Position numbers and translations under genes: made by a program. Under the pieces are notes generated by a model. That model was not told where the DNA came from, searched no databases, and saw only the letters and a list, made by a program, of their open reading frames with translations. Positions 16,482 to 25,784 of a stretch of DNA of 32,000 nt are shown here, piece by piece; within the stretch, counting starts at the first letter, position 1, and every line of letters starts with the position of its first letter. Source of the stretch: Candidatus Heimdallarchaeota archaeon (GTDB lineage: Archaea; Asgardarchaeota; Heimdallarchaeia; Heimdallarchaeales; Kariarchaeaceae); the NCBI GenBank assembly GCA_030149205.1, contig JASBSB010000007.1, forward strand, positions 450,001 through 482,000, written 5' to 3'.

Positions 16482-17711
16482 GTGTATCTAACAAAAGATG
16501 AAGAATCCTCATTGGAGGGAGACCATGGTGAGGCATTACAGGTGGCAATGTCTCTTCTGGTAGATGTAGGTGACTTTTACAAGGCAGACAAGCTTATTTC
16601 AGTTGACTCAGCCCATATCTCTGGTGTCTCATATTTAACTGGAGGTGATGGATTGATTGACCTCCTGGATTTTTTTGTGACAAAAAATGCCAAGGTTGGG
16701 GTCTTTTCAACCTTAAATCCAAGTGGGATGGATAGAATCAATTGGAAATCTCATTTCATAGACCTCGAGTTTGCGACGAAGCAGTACCACATACTTCGAA
16801 ATTTCGAGGCAATGGGTGTCTCAACAACCTGCAGCTGTACGCCATATGACTTTGGACATATCTTATACAAAGGACAGCATATTGCATGGGCAGAATCATC
16901 TGCAATCACCTTTGCAAATTCTTTCTTTGGTGCCAGAACCAACAAGGAAGATTCTCTTTCAGTATTGTCTGCTGCAATTGCTGGAAAAACCCCAAATTAT
17001 GGTTTTCATCTAACAGAAAATAGAATTCCAAATGTCAAAGTTTCTGTTGAAGTTCCCCTCACTTCCTACTCAGACTTTTCTGTTCTAGGTGAAGTTGTTG
17101 GAAAGAAATTTAATCATATTCCATTTCCTTTCGGGGCAATACCCGTTTTTGATGGAATTTCTCATGCACGTCCTCATCAATTGAAAGGTTTGGGGGCTGC
17201 TCTCGCATCATTTGGGACACAACTTTATCATGTTAAGGGGATCACCCCAGAAAACGAGATCTATGATAAGGTCACAAGATTTGACGATGAATGTACAATC
17301 ACTGAAGATGATTTGAATGAGGTATATGAAGAACTAAGGCCACCATCAGATCCAGATATTGTGGTAATTGGTTGCCCTAACGCAAACCTCGAGGAAATTA
17401 TGGAATTGGAGGAACTCTCAAGAAATTTAAAGGTGAGAGATGGAAAGGAGTTCTGGCTTTTTACAAACCGAGCCCAAAAAGGGCTTGCTGAGGGTTTAGG
17501 GCTGGTAAAGAGCTTGGAAGAGAGAGGAATAAAGATTCTGGTGGACACATGTCCTGAGGTGACCCCTTATGATAAGAACAGATTTAAAACCATCTTAACA
17601 AATTCTATAAAGGCACAGCATTACATCACTGCCCCAAGTTTAAATGGAATACCCACATATATTCTTCCAGTAAAAGCATGTGTGGATGCGATATGTGAGG
17701 TGAATACATGA
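16482..17711 (+). CDS. Aconitase X catalytic (large) subunit, DUF521 family; probable phosphomevalonate dehydratase large subunit
   Basis: MYLTKDEE..L.G..G start, AHISGVSY, NPSG, CSCTPY, WAESSA, ARTNKE, GCP and DTC motifs; ATGA overlap with the small subunit. Confidence 0.85.
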   Translation: MYLTKDEESSLEGDHGEALQVAMSLLVDVGDFYKADKLISVDSAHISGVSYLTGGDGLIDLLDFFVTKNAKVGVFSTLNPSGMDRINWKSHFIDLEFATKQYHILRNFEAMGVSTTCSCTPYDFGHILYKGQHIAWAESSAITFANSFFGARTNKEDSLSVLSAAIAGKTPNYGFHLTENRIPNVKVSVEVPLTSYSDFSVLGEVVGKKFNHIPFPFGAIPVFDGISHARPHQLKGLGAALASFGTQLYHVKGITPENEIYDKVTRFDDECTITEDDLNEVYEELRPPSDPDIVVIGCPNANLEEIMELEELSRNLKVRDGKEFWLFTNRAQKGLAEGLGLVKSLEERGIKILVDTCPEVTPYDKNRFKTILTNSIKAQHYITAPSLNGIPTYILPVKACVDAICEVNT

Positions 17712-18121
17712 CGACACTAAATGGGAAAGCCCTACGGTCAATCGGTGAATTGAAGGTGGAAGGTGTCAGTATAGTGACAAATCAGCCAATTACTCTTTTA
17801 GGGTTTGTTGATACAAAAACTGGGATTATCATGGAAAAAGGTCATGAATTGGAGGGTCAATCCATTTCGGATAAGGTATTTATATTTCCTAAAGGTGTTG
17901 GAAGTACTGTTGGTCCATATGTGCTCTTGAATCTAAAGAAGAACAATAAAGCACCTCTTGCAATAATTAATCGAGAATCAGATCAAGGCACTATAGCAGG
18001 ATGTTCGATGGCAAAGATTCCACTTGTCTATGACCTATCCGAGGATCCCATAGACACGATTCCAAGCTTAAGGCTTGTTAAAGTAAATATTTCTAATGGA
18101 CAAGCTAATGTAGAATATTGA
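17708..18121 (+). CDS. Aconitase X swivel (small) subunit, DUF126 family; probable phosphomevalonate dehydratase small subunit
   Basis: LGFVDTKTG...GHELEGQSI..KVFIFP.GVGSTVG motif; translationally coupled to the DUF521 gene. Confidence 0.85.
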   Translation: MTTLNGKALRSIGELKVEGVSIVTNQPITLLGFVDTKTGIIMEKGHELEGQSISDKVFIFPKGVGSTVGPYVLLNLKKNNKAPLAIINRESDQGTIAGCSMAKIPLVYDLSEDPIDTIPSLRLVKVNISNGQANVEY

Positions 18122-18187
18122 TCATATACGCCCCAAGAATTCTTCACTATACTTTTTTCTCTTATTACTATCTGCTTTCTCTTCTTA

Positions 18188-19858
18188 TTACTCTATTCTC
18201 TTACCCTTCTTTTTCAGCTCATTAATTCTTCTTGAGAGTTGATTTGCAACATCCTTTCTATTTTCTATAAATCTGAGAATCATTAACTCTTCTATGTCTT
18301 CATTCTCTTGAATGGCTCGTTTGGCAAACTGATTCGATTTTGCCTCTAAAAGCTTCTTACTGTTTTTCTTAAAGTCTATTGCCTTTAAAACCTCGTCACT
18401 ATTTGCAAGATTGGCGTTAACCTCTATATCTTTAATCTCATCTACATCTACCTTTAACTCTGTAGCCTCAAATTGCACCCAAGGAACATTGGATTTCAAA
18501 AGTGAAGTAATGTCAACTGCCGAATCACTTGATGCCCTTCTGAGATCAACAAAAGAAAGCCTGTCGAAATTTTCAATCGCCTTTAAATTAGCCTCCTTGA
18601 AATCATTTCTATCAAGGTTTAGTTCTTCAAGGGTTCGAATCTGTGAAAGTGGGCTTAGATCAATGGACACTAATCTGTTTCTGGCCAGTTGAAGCCTTGT
18701 TAAAACTGTTAGGTTCCTCAAAGGTTTGAGGTCTATTTCAGTCAGGTTATTTCTTGTTAATCTAAGGACACGTAGCCTCTTTAACCCTTCTAAAGGTGTG
18801 AGGTCAATATGTTCAAGAAGGTTATCTCCTAGTCTTAGATTATCAAGGTTCTTTAGGTCTTTCAATGGTGTAAGATCAATCTGATGCAGATCATTAGATT
18901 CAAGGATCAACGAATTCAATTCATAAAGTCCAGATATTGGGTTCAAATCAATCTCGGTCAATCTATTTCTGGATAAATCAAGTTTCGTAAGGTGAGTTGA
19001 GCATCGTAATCCTTCTAGATCGAAGCTTGTAAGCTTGTTGTGTGAGAGGTTGACTTGAAATAGCTTGTCGGTTTTGTTAAACCCTCTTGCATCTATGTCT
19101 GTGATACCTGCATATCTTGCAACAAAATCAACAGTCTGTTCTGAAATGAAATTTGTAATTTTTATCTTCTTCAAGTCATTTTCACTTAAATCTATAGATT
19201 CAAGACTCTTTGGTGCTGATTTTGGGAGCTTGTAATTTTTCACCCCTCTGTTGTATGAGGCATCAACTTTGGTTAGGTTCGGATGGTGTTCAAGAAATGT
19301 CAAATCAAGAGTTTTTAACCGGGAATAACACTCATCAACATCAAGGTTGTATCTTCCAACACCATCTCCCTCAGCATCTTGATAATACCTGTAATTGTAC
19401 CAGTTATAGTAGAAATTAGAGAACCTGCTTCTGTTTCGTGTATTTTCATAACCACCTACCTCACTGACACTTAGATAAGTCAATCCCTCCATCCTCTTAA
19501 TTGGTGTAGTGTTGAGCTCAGTCAATGTATTCTGAGAAATGATCAATTGACTCAAGTACGGGAGCTTTTCAAGTGGTGACAGGTTCAGCCTCTCGGTTCT
19601 GTTATTTTCTTTAAAGGTAAACCTTATGAGATTCTCCAGCTCTGCTAACGGATCAAGATCCACCTCTGCTAATGAGTTATTTATGAATTTTACCGATCTA
19701 ATCTCTTTAAAATGTAACAGGTCAGCAAGGTCGATGCTCTTAAAACCTCCAGTGATGTCAATTGATAGGAGTTCACCAGTTGGAGTAAACTTTGGGTTAA
19801 GAATTACCTTGTCTTTATACAGTTTTCTTAAAGCCCTGAACTTGTTGTACTCTGACAA
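18188..19858 (-). CDS. Cytoplasmic leucine-rich repeat protein (~15 LRRs of about 22 aa, internalin/SDS22-like)
   Basis: Repeats IDLxPLxxLxxLxxLxLxxNxLxx; TTG start; no signal peptide or TM segment. Confidence 0.85.
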   Translation of the reverse strand: MSEYNKFRALRKLYKDKVILNPKFTPTGELLSIDITGGFKSIDLADLLHFKEIRSVKFINNSLAEVDLDPLAELENLIRFTFKENNRTERLNLSPLEKLPYLSQLIISQNTLTELNTTPIKRMEGLTYLSVSEVGGYENTRNRSRFSNFYYNWYNYRYYQDAEGDGVGRYNLDVDECYSRLKTLDLTFLEHHPNLTKVDASYNRGVKNYKLPKSAPKSLESIDLSENDLKKIKITNFISEQTVDFVARYAGITDIDARGFNKTDKLFQVNLSHNKLTSFDLEGLRCSTHLTKLDLSRNRLTEIDLNPISGLYELNSLILESNDLHQIDLTPLKDLKNLDNLRLGDNLLEHIDLTPLEGLKRLRVLRLTRNNLTEIDLKPLRNLTVLTRLQLARNRLVSIDLSPLSQIRTLEELNLDRNDFKEANLKAIENFDRLSFVDLRRASSDSAVDITSLLKSNVPWVQFEATELKVDVDEIKDIEVNANLANSDEVLKAIDFKKNSKKLLEAKSNQFAKRAIQENEDIEELMILRFIENRKDVANQLSRRINELKKKGKRIE

Positions 19859-19907
19859 TATATACCTATTAAAATTTAAAGTATTTAGATGTTAGTATCA
19901 ACGAAAA

Positions 19908-20840
19908 TTACGTGGTAAATGTTATGCCTAATGACCTTACAAGCTCTTTATATCTATTTCGAATTGTGACTTCTGTAACCGTTGCTGTTTCTGCAATCTC
20001 TCTCTGTGTTCTCTGGTCGCCTTCCAATATTCCTGCAAGATAAATCGCTGCTGCTGCTAATCCAACTGGATCCTTTCCGATTGTTATCCTGTTTCTCTTT
20101 GCCTTATCAACAATGTCTCTTGCAGTTTTAACCACTCTTCCACCAAGATTAAGTTCAGCACCGAATCTCACAACATACGCTGTAGGATCAGTTAATGGGA
20201 TTTTTAGACCAAGTTCATTAATCAAAAGTCTGTAACATCTTCCTATATCTTTCTTGCTTGTTCTGGAATGTTTTGCAAATTCGTCTAATGGTCTGGGGAC
20301 TCGTCTCTGTCTGGCTGCTGCATAAGTCGCTGCGGCGATCATTGCTTCAATTGATCGACCTCTGATTAATCTCTGACTTAGAGCTTTTCTGTAAATGACA
20401 GAGGCTGTCTCTTTCACACTTTGTGGAAGACCAAGCTGACTTGCAATTCTTTCCAGCTCTCTCATAGCTTGTGTAAGGTTTCTGTCTGTTGCAGAATTAA
20501 CACGGGTTCTCGCCTGCCACTTTCTCAGTCTATAAATTTGTGATCTCTGCTGTGGGCTTAATTTTCTCCCATATGCGTCTCGATCCTCAATGCCTATCTG
20601 CGTGGACAATCCCTTGTCATGCCGGGTGTATGTGGTTTGAGCACCTACCCTGGCTCTTTTTGCCCTCTCTTCAGAAGAATATGCACGCCACTCTGGAGAA
20701 TCATCAACCATACTCTCTTCTATCACAGCACCACAATTTGTACAGGTGATTTCTCCTCGATGATGATCTTGAATAATCTCTGTACTTCCACAGTCGGGGC
20801 ACCGTTCTTCTGTCTCTTTCTTGTTCTCAGTTGCTGCCAT
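19908..20840 (-). CDS. tfb: Transcription initiation factor IIB (archaeal TFB)
   Basis: Zn ribbon CPDC..CTNC, PEWRA B-reader, two cyclin repeats, GRSIEAMIAAA, GKDPVGLAAAA and EVTIRNRYKEL. Confidence 0.97.
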   Translation of the reverse strand: MAATENKKETEERCPDCGSTEIIQDHHRGEITCTNCGAVIEESMVDDSPEWRAYSSEERAKRARVGAQTTYTRHDKGLSTQIGIEDRDAYGRKLSPQQRSQIYRLRKWQARTRVNSATDRNLTQAMRELERIASQLGLPQSVKETASVIYRKALSQRLIRGRSIEAMIAAATYAAARQRRVPRPLDEFAKHSRTSKKDIGRCYRLLINELGLKIPLTDPTAYVVRFGAELNLGGRVVKTARDIVDKAKRNRITIGKDPVGLAAAAIYLAGILEGDQRTQREIAETATVTEVTIRNRYKELVRSLGITFTT

Positions 20841-20885
20841 AAATTACACCAAAAAATTAATAAGCGTTATCTTCCCTGCAAACAC

Positions 20886-20895
20886 TTATATATAC
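20886..20895 (-). promoter_or_regulatory. Candidate TATA box for tfb
   Basis: TATATATAAG on the minus strand, about 46-55 nt upstream of the tfb ATG. Confidence 0.35.
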
Positions 20896-20939
20896 ATTAT
20901 TTCAGACCACTACTATAAAAACATTTGTATGGCGAGTGA

Positions 20940-20967
20940 GGAAAAAAAGCCCTTCCCCTTTTTTCTT
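20940..20967 (-). terminator. Probable oligo-T terminator downstream of the small GTPase gene
   Basis: The minus strand reads AAGAAAAAAGGGGAAGGGCTTTTTTTCC: a T7 run about 70 nt after the GTPase stop, with a complementary A-run that could form a hairpin. Confidence 0.35.
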
Positions 20968-21018
20968 GTGTCCTATGACGATGTGATCACAACTGCTTAA
21001 ATTCTAAATTTAGTAAAA

Positions 21019-21585
21019 TTAGTGTCCTTCTTTGAATTGTAGGTCATAACCTATTTGCTTTAAAATATCTTCAAAAGCTGAGTTAACTCCTTCACCTGTT
21101 AAGGCTGATGTCTGATAAAGCTTTATGTCAGTGATGTCATCACCATATGTTTTTAATATTTGTTCACGTGTCTGTTCCACATCATCTTGTGAAACCTCCC
21201 TGTCACTTTCAAGATCCAACTTGTTACCAATTAGATAGATGGGGATTCCCTTGAGTACGTTTGTACACCATTCTACCCAACGGGGGATGTTCTCTAGTGA
21301 TCTTTTTTTAGTTAGATCATAAACCGCTAGCACACCAAGGCCACCTTTTAGGTAAGCTTCCGTTCTAGGAATATTGTATGCTTCACCAGCTAGATCCCAG
21401 ATGACAGCCTTTCCATATATATTTTCAAGATCAAAGGGTTTTACAGAAAAATCTGAACCAAGGGTTTTGATATGACTGGTCTTAAATCCTAACCCAAGAT
21501 ATCTACGTCTTAGTGAGGTCTTTCCCACTCCATCACTACCAATAAGAACAATTTTTACCTGATATTGTTCTTTGTTGCGAATCAT
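21019..21585 (-). CDS. Ras-superfamily (Rab/Roc-like) small GTPase
   Basis: G1 GSDGVGKTS, G2 TLG, G3 WDLAG, G4 NKLD, G5 TSALTGEGV; no C-terminal prenylation cysteines. Confidence 0.92.
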   Translation of the reverse strand: MIRNKEQYQVKIVLIGSDGVGKTSLRRRYLGLGFKTSHIKTLGSDFSVKPFDLENIYGKAVIWDLAGEAYNIPRTEAYLKGGLGVLAVYDLTKKRSLENIPRWVEWCTNVLKGIPIYLIGNKLDLESDREVSQDDVEQTREQILKTYGDDITDIKLYQTSALTGEGVNSAFEDILKQIGYDLQFKEGH

Positions 21586-21753
21586 TTACAAATAGATTGC
21601 CCCTTCATTGAATTTTAAGTTTGCTTTTTATTTCATTAACGTTCAACAATTTTTTTGCTTATGGGAGCAATCGTAACGAAATTACAGAGAAACTAACACT
21701 TTCTTGAAAAATACAATCAGATGTATCTTGTAGAGTTAAGGGAAAGTTAAAAA

Positions 21754-21761
21754 TATAAATA
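21754..21761 (+). promoter_or_regulatory. TATA box upstream of the akr-thrB-thrC run
   Basis: TATAAATA about 22 nt upstream of ATG 21783, preceded by purine-rich GGAAAG..AAAAA. Confidence 0.45.
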
Positions 21762-21782
21762 CTAGATGTTTTCTCTTTAACT

Positions 21783-22802
21783 ATGAAGTATACAAAGCTT
21801 GGAAAAACTGGAATAACTGTTTCAAAACTCTGTCTTGGGATGATGAGCTATGGTAACTCTCAGGCTTGGCACCTAGAATTAGACGAGGCCCGACCTTTGG
21901 TTAACAGGGCCCTTGAAGAGGGGATAAACTTTTTTGACACTGCTAATGTGTATTCAAGAGGAAGAAGTGAAGAAATTACAGGAGAATTGCTAAAAGACCA
22001 TCGAGATGATGTAGTTCTTGCAACCAAAGTTTACTTCTCTATGTCTGATACAAATAAGAATGCACAAGGGTTAAATCGATACCATGTTCAACGTGAGATT
22101 GAAAACTCATTAAATAGGTTACAAACCGATTTTGTTGATCTTTATCAAATTCATAGGTGGGATGGTTATGTAGACCTTGAATATCAGATGAGGACATTGA
22201 ATTCTCTTATTGAGCAGGGAAAGACACTTCATATAGGAGCAAGCTCAATGTACACCTGGCAATTTGCTAAAGCTCAATTTATAGCTGAAAAACTTGGTTT
22301 AGAAAAATTCGCAACTATGCAAAATCATTATAATCTCATTTATAGAGAGGAAGAACGGGAAATGATACCTTTCTGTCAGGATCAAGGGGTTGGAGTGATC
22401 CCCTGGTCACCATTAGCCAGGGGATTTTTATCTGGAAAATATAGACCCGAAGACAAAGATTCTGGGAATCAAGTAAGACTTCAATCAGACCCATATCTAA
22501 AGCACAGGTACTTCAGAGTAAATGATTTCAGAATTATTGAACTTCAAAAAGAAATTGCAGAGGAACTTCAGATCACACCAGCACAACTAGCAATAAATTG
22601 GGTTTTAAACAGACCAGGTGTTACATCACCAATCATTGGTGTTACCAAAATGTCTCATCTAGAAGAGGCTATTGAAGCAGTTGAGTTAAAAATTGATCAC
22701 GATTACTTCAGACAGCTAGAAGAGCTATACTTACCAAAACCTATCATTGGACACAGCTATCAGACAGCAGGAACAATGATCGATCTATCGGGAAAAAATT
22801 GA
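21783..22802 (+). CDS. Aldo/keto reductase (YajO/aryl-alcohol dehydrogenase-like)
   Basis: LGKTGITVSKLCLG, FFDTANVYS (Asp, Tyr), ATKV (Lys), LYQIHRWD (His), PWSPLARG, PIIG. Confidence 0.93.
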   Translation: MKYTKLGKTGITVSKLCLGMMSYGNSQAWHLELDEARPLVNRALEEGINFFDTANVYSRGRSEEITGELLKDHRDDVVLATKVYFSMSDTNKNAQGLNRYHVQREIENSLNRLQTDFVDLYQIHRWDGYVDLEYQMRTLNSLIEQGKTLHIGASSMYTWQFAKAQFIAEKLGLEKFATMQNHYNLIYREEEREMIPFCQDQGVGVIPWSPLARGFLSGKYRPEDKDSGNQVRLQSDPYLKHRYFRVNDFRIIELQKEIAEELQITPAQLAINWVLNRPGVTSPIIGVTKMSHLEEAIEAVELKIDHDYFRQLEELYLPKPIIGHSYQTAGTMIDLSGKN

Positions 22803-22811
22803 GTTGATATA

Positions 22812-23744
22812 ATGAGGGTTGTCAGAGCCTATGCACCTGCATCATTGGCAAACTTTGCTGTAGGCTTTGATATCATTGGAGCAGCAATACAAGGCATGGG
22901 AGATGAGGTGACCTTAGAGAAGGCAGAAGATGGGGTAAAAATTACCTCAATTTCTGGAGATGCAACCATCCCCATGAATCCTGAGAAAAATACAGCAGGA
23001 AAGGCTTTACTTGAATTTATTGAGCTCAACAATTTAGAATATGGGTTTAATATGTCTATCAAGAAGGGAATTCCTTTGGCTTCTGGATTGGGTGGGAGTG
23101 CAGCCTCTGCAGTAGCTGCAACAATTGCAGCAGATAGACTTTCAGGATTGAAACTTTCAAAAGAAACCCTTTTAAGGATTTCACTCAGTGGTGAGCTAAT
23201 TTCAAGTGGTTCTGTTCACACTGACAATGTGGCTCCTTCCCTTTATGGGGGAATCACAGTTAGTCTTAAAGATAAAAATCAAAACTACATCATCCAGAAA
23301 ATACCCAGCTTAACCTCGCTGAAAATGGTAATGATTCATCCTCATCTAGAAATCTCAACCAAGGAGGCACGAGATATTCTAAGACAGGATGTTCCTCTTA
23401 ATCTTCATGTTCAACAATCCATGAATCTTGCTGCTTTTATTATCTCAGTCTATACTGCTCAGATAGATCTATTAAAAAAGACCTTTGATGATTTGATAAT
23501 TGAACCTCAGCGTGCCTCTCTAATTCCAGACTTTAGTCAAATTAAATCAGTTTGCCAAAACTCTGGTGCAATAGGGTGCTCAATCTCTGGTGCTGGTCCA
23601 ACAATGTTTGCTGTATGTGATAATGCTGAGGTAACCCAAAAGATTGAATCTTCTCTTAAAGAACTTAAGACCTCTGTGAAACTTGATGTATGGACAACAA
23701 ATATAGATACAATAGGTGCAAGAATTTTGGAGGTTAAATCATGA
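22812..23744 (+). CDS. thrB: Homoserine kinase (GHMP family)
   Basis: APASLANFAVGFD, GIPLASGLGGSAAS ATP-binding loop, HTDNVAPSL, ISGAGPT; overlaps thrC. Confidence 0.93.
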   Translation: MRVVRAYAPASLANFAVGFDIIGAAIQGMGDEVTLEKAEDGVKITSISGDATIPMNPEKNTAGKALLEFIELNNLEYGFNMSIKKGIPLASGLGGSAASAVAATIAADRLSGLKLSKETLLRISLSGELISSGSVHTDNVAPSLYGGITVSLKDKNQNYIIQKIPSLTSLKMVMIHPHLEISTKEARDILRQDVPLNLHVQQSMNLAAFIISVYTAQIDLLKKTFDDLIIEPQRASLIPDFSQIKSVCQNSGAIGCSISGAGPTMFAVCDNAEVTQKIESSLKELKTSVKLDVWTTNIDTIGARILEVKS

Positions 23745-25012
23745 AATTTAGGAGCACAAGAAGTAAATCTGAGGTTGTGAATCTCAGTGACGCAATAATC
23801 AAAGGCTTGGCATCTGATGGGGGATTATACGTTCCTGTAAATTTTCCCAAATTTAAAGTGGATGAGTTTATCCCACTTGATTCAAATGTCGAGATTGCAT
23901 ACAAGTTTTTACTGCCTTTTTTCAAAAATGATTTGCTCTCTGATAAGTTGAAAGAGATTTGTGAGAGCTCGTTTACTTTTCCTCTGCCCCTGAAGACACT
24001 AAATGAACGTCTCTCTGTTCTAGAACTATTTCATGGACCTACAGGTGCTTTCAAGGATGTTGGTGCAAGGTTTCTTGCTAACACACTAGAAAAGCTTCCT
24101 GGAAAGCGAACAATTTTGGTTGCAACTTCTGGAGATACGGGAAGTGCTGTCGCATCTGCGTTTTATAAACGACAAAGGTCTCAAATTGGGATATTATATC
24201 CATCTGGGAAAATTTCAGAGTTTCAAGAAATGCAACTGACATGTTGGGATACAAACGTTATATCGTATAGAGTTGATGCAGATTTTGATTCTTGTCAATC
24301 ATTGGTGAAACAGGCCTTTTCAGATGAGGGATTAAGACGGAACATGAACCTAAGCTCAGCTAACTCTATAAACATTGGGAGGTTGTTGCCACAATGCGTT
24401 TATTATGTCAAAGCATCAGTAGAGCACTATGCTAAATATGGTAGGTATGCCAATTTTATCATCCCAACAGGTAACATGGGAAATGCTTTGGCTTGTATAT
24501 GGGTTCGCAAGATGGGCTTTCCAATCAAAAAAATTATTCTGAGCTGTAATTCAAATCTTACAATTCCAGAATATTTTCAGACAAGGATATTTCATGGGAG
24601 ACCATCAGTTAAGACTCTAGCTAATGCCATGGATGTTGGAAATCCAAGTAACATGGAGCGATTTCTTGATCTTGAAGAACAAAATCCTCAAAAAGATCTT
24701 TCTTCTATCAGTGTATCAGACACAGAGATCAAGACTGCAATTCTTGAATGCTATGAGAGGTTAGGCTACATAATTTGTCCTCACACTGCAACAGCCTATC
24801 ATGCTTTTAGAAACTCAGATATTGAAGAGGCTATCATAGTATCCACAGCAATGCCAGTTAAGTTTAAAGAAGTAATTGAACCTATTGTGAGAAAGTCAAT
24901 TCCAATCCCAGTAAAGTTTAATGAGATGATGAACCGACCACGAAACTATGTTGAAATCCAACCACTCTATGAACTGCTAAAAAAGTCAATTCTTGAGAAA
25001 TTTTCAGTCTGA
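23741..25012 (+). CDS. thrC: Threonine synthase (long, E. coli/fungal-type subfamily)
   Basis: STR...GLASDGGLYVP N-terminus, LELFHGPTGAFKD PLP-lysine motif, VATSGDTGSA, SANSINIGRL, PTGNMGN, CPHTATA. Confidence 0.95.
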   Translation: MKFRSTRSKSEVVNLSDAIIKGLASDGGLYVPVNFPKFKVDEFIPLDSNVEIAYKFLLPFFKNDLLSDKLKEICESSFTFPLPLKTLNERLSVLELFHGPTGAFKDVGARFLANTLEKLPGKRTILVATSGDTGSAVASAFYKRQRSQIGILYPSGKISEFQEMQLTCWDTNVISYRVDADFDSCQSLVKQAFSDEGLRRNMNLSSANSINIGRLLPQCVYYVKASVEHYAKYGRYANFIIPTGNMGNALACIWVRKMGFPIKKIILSCNSNLTIPEYFQTRIFHGRPSVKTLANAMDVGNPSNMERFLDLEEQNPQKDLSSISVSDTEIKTAILECYERLGYIICPHTATAYHAFRNSDIEEAIIVSTAMPVKFKEVIEPIVRKSIPIPVKFNEMMNRPRNYVEIQPLYELLKKSILEKFSV

Positions 25013-25243
25013 ATTTTTGAAGTTGAACATTTCTTCGATCGTAACATTAAATAATTTTGCAATTCTATAGGCTAAACCCAATGATGGGTTGTAGCTTCCC
25101 TTCTCAATCGCAGATATAGTCTGTCTGGTCACACCCAATGAGCTTGCAACCTCCTCCTGTGTAAGGCTCTTCTCAGCCCTAAATACACGTAATCTGCACT
25201 CCCAGGATACATTGTAATCTTCAACAGTTTTTTTACGACGCAA
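25004..25243 (-). CDS. XRE/Cro-CI family helix-turn-helix transcriptional regulator (~79 aa)
   Basis: RLRVFRAEKSLTQEEVASSLGVTRQTISAIEKGSYNPSLGLAYRIAKLF. The likely start is TTG at 25243, preceded by GAGGTAGGA, rather than the listed 25342. Confidence 0.9.
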   Translation of the reverse strand: MRRKKTVEDYNVSWECRLRVFRAEKSLTQEEVASSLGVTRQTISAIEKGSYNPSLGLAYRIAKLFNVTIEEMFNFKNSD

Positions 25244-25248
25244 GGTTC

Positions 25249-25635
25249 CTACCTCATTGCCCCTTCTTCGTTTGTTGCCAAAATCAGATGCAAATAGACC
25301 AAGACAAGTACTGAAACAATCAGTGTTGCTCCCACTTCCCAAAAATTCAGTGAAAACACATCACTGATTATCAGAAGGAGAATCCCGAGAGTTGATGCAA
25401 TTATCACAAAAAGATTTATTGTTGATCTTGCACTGGCATCCAGAGCAGTGTCTGTTCTTTCATCTTTATTCCAAATCCTGTGAACACCAATAATTCCAAC
25501 AATAGCCAGGGTTAGCATTGCATACAGGATCAATGAATACTTCTGGGTTACGCTGTAAATTATAAGAAGGGAGTCTACAATCAGAGTCACAAGGAAGAGC
25601 AAAATGTAGAATATTTTCTTGCGTTTGATTTCCAC
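25249..25635 (-). CDS. Small multi-pass membrane protein, DUF2178-like, typical partner of XRE regulators
   Basis: About 4 hydrophobic segments with a KDERT motif after TM2; stop is 5 nt before the XRE start. The probable start is GTG 25635 (ORF open to 25704). Confidence 0.65.
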   Translation of the reverse strand: MEIKRKKIFYILLFLVTLIVDSLLIIYSVTQKYSLILYAMLTLAIVGIIGVHRIWNKDERTDTALDASARSTINLFVIIASTLGILLLIISDVFSLNFWEVGATLIVSVLVLVYLHLILATNEEGAMR

Positions 25636-25784
25636 AACTCTTGATATAATACCTAAATAAGAACACTCGTCTTTGAATTCTGAATGAATGTGAAGGAATG
25701 TCAAATTTATATTACATGGTTCGAAATTATAATCCAGAGATAAAGATTCACCACAAATTATGTCAATTAAAGTTTACTGTAAGT

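Noticed and set aside
20929-21000. 23-codon ORF (MASEEKKPFPFFLVSYDDVITTA) divergent from tfb
   Set aside because: It is too short to support, overlaps the putative terminator, and the nearest TATA-like element is too close to the ATG.
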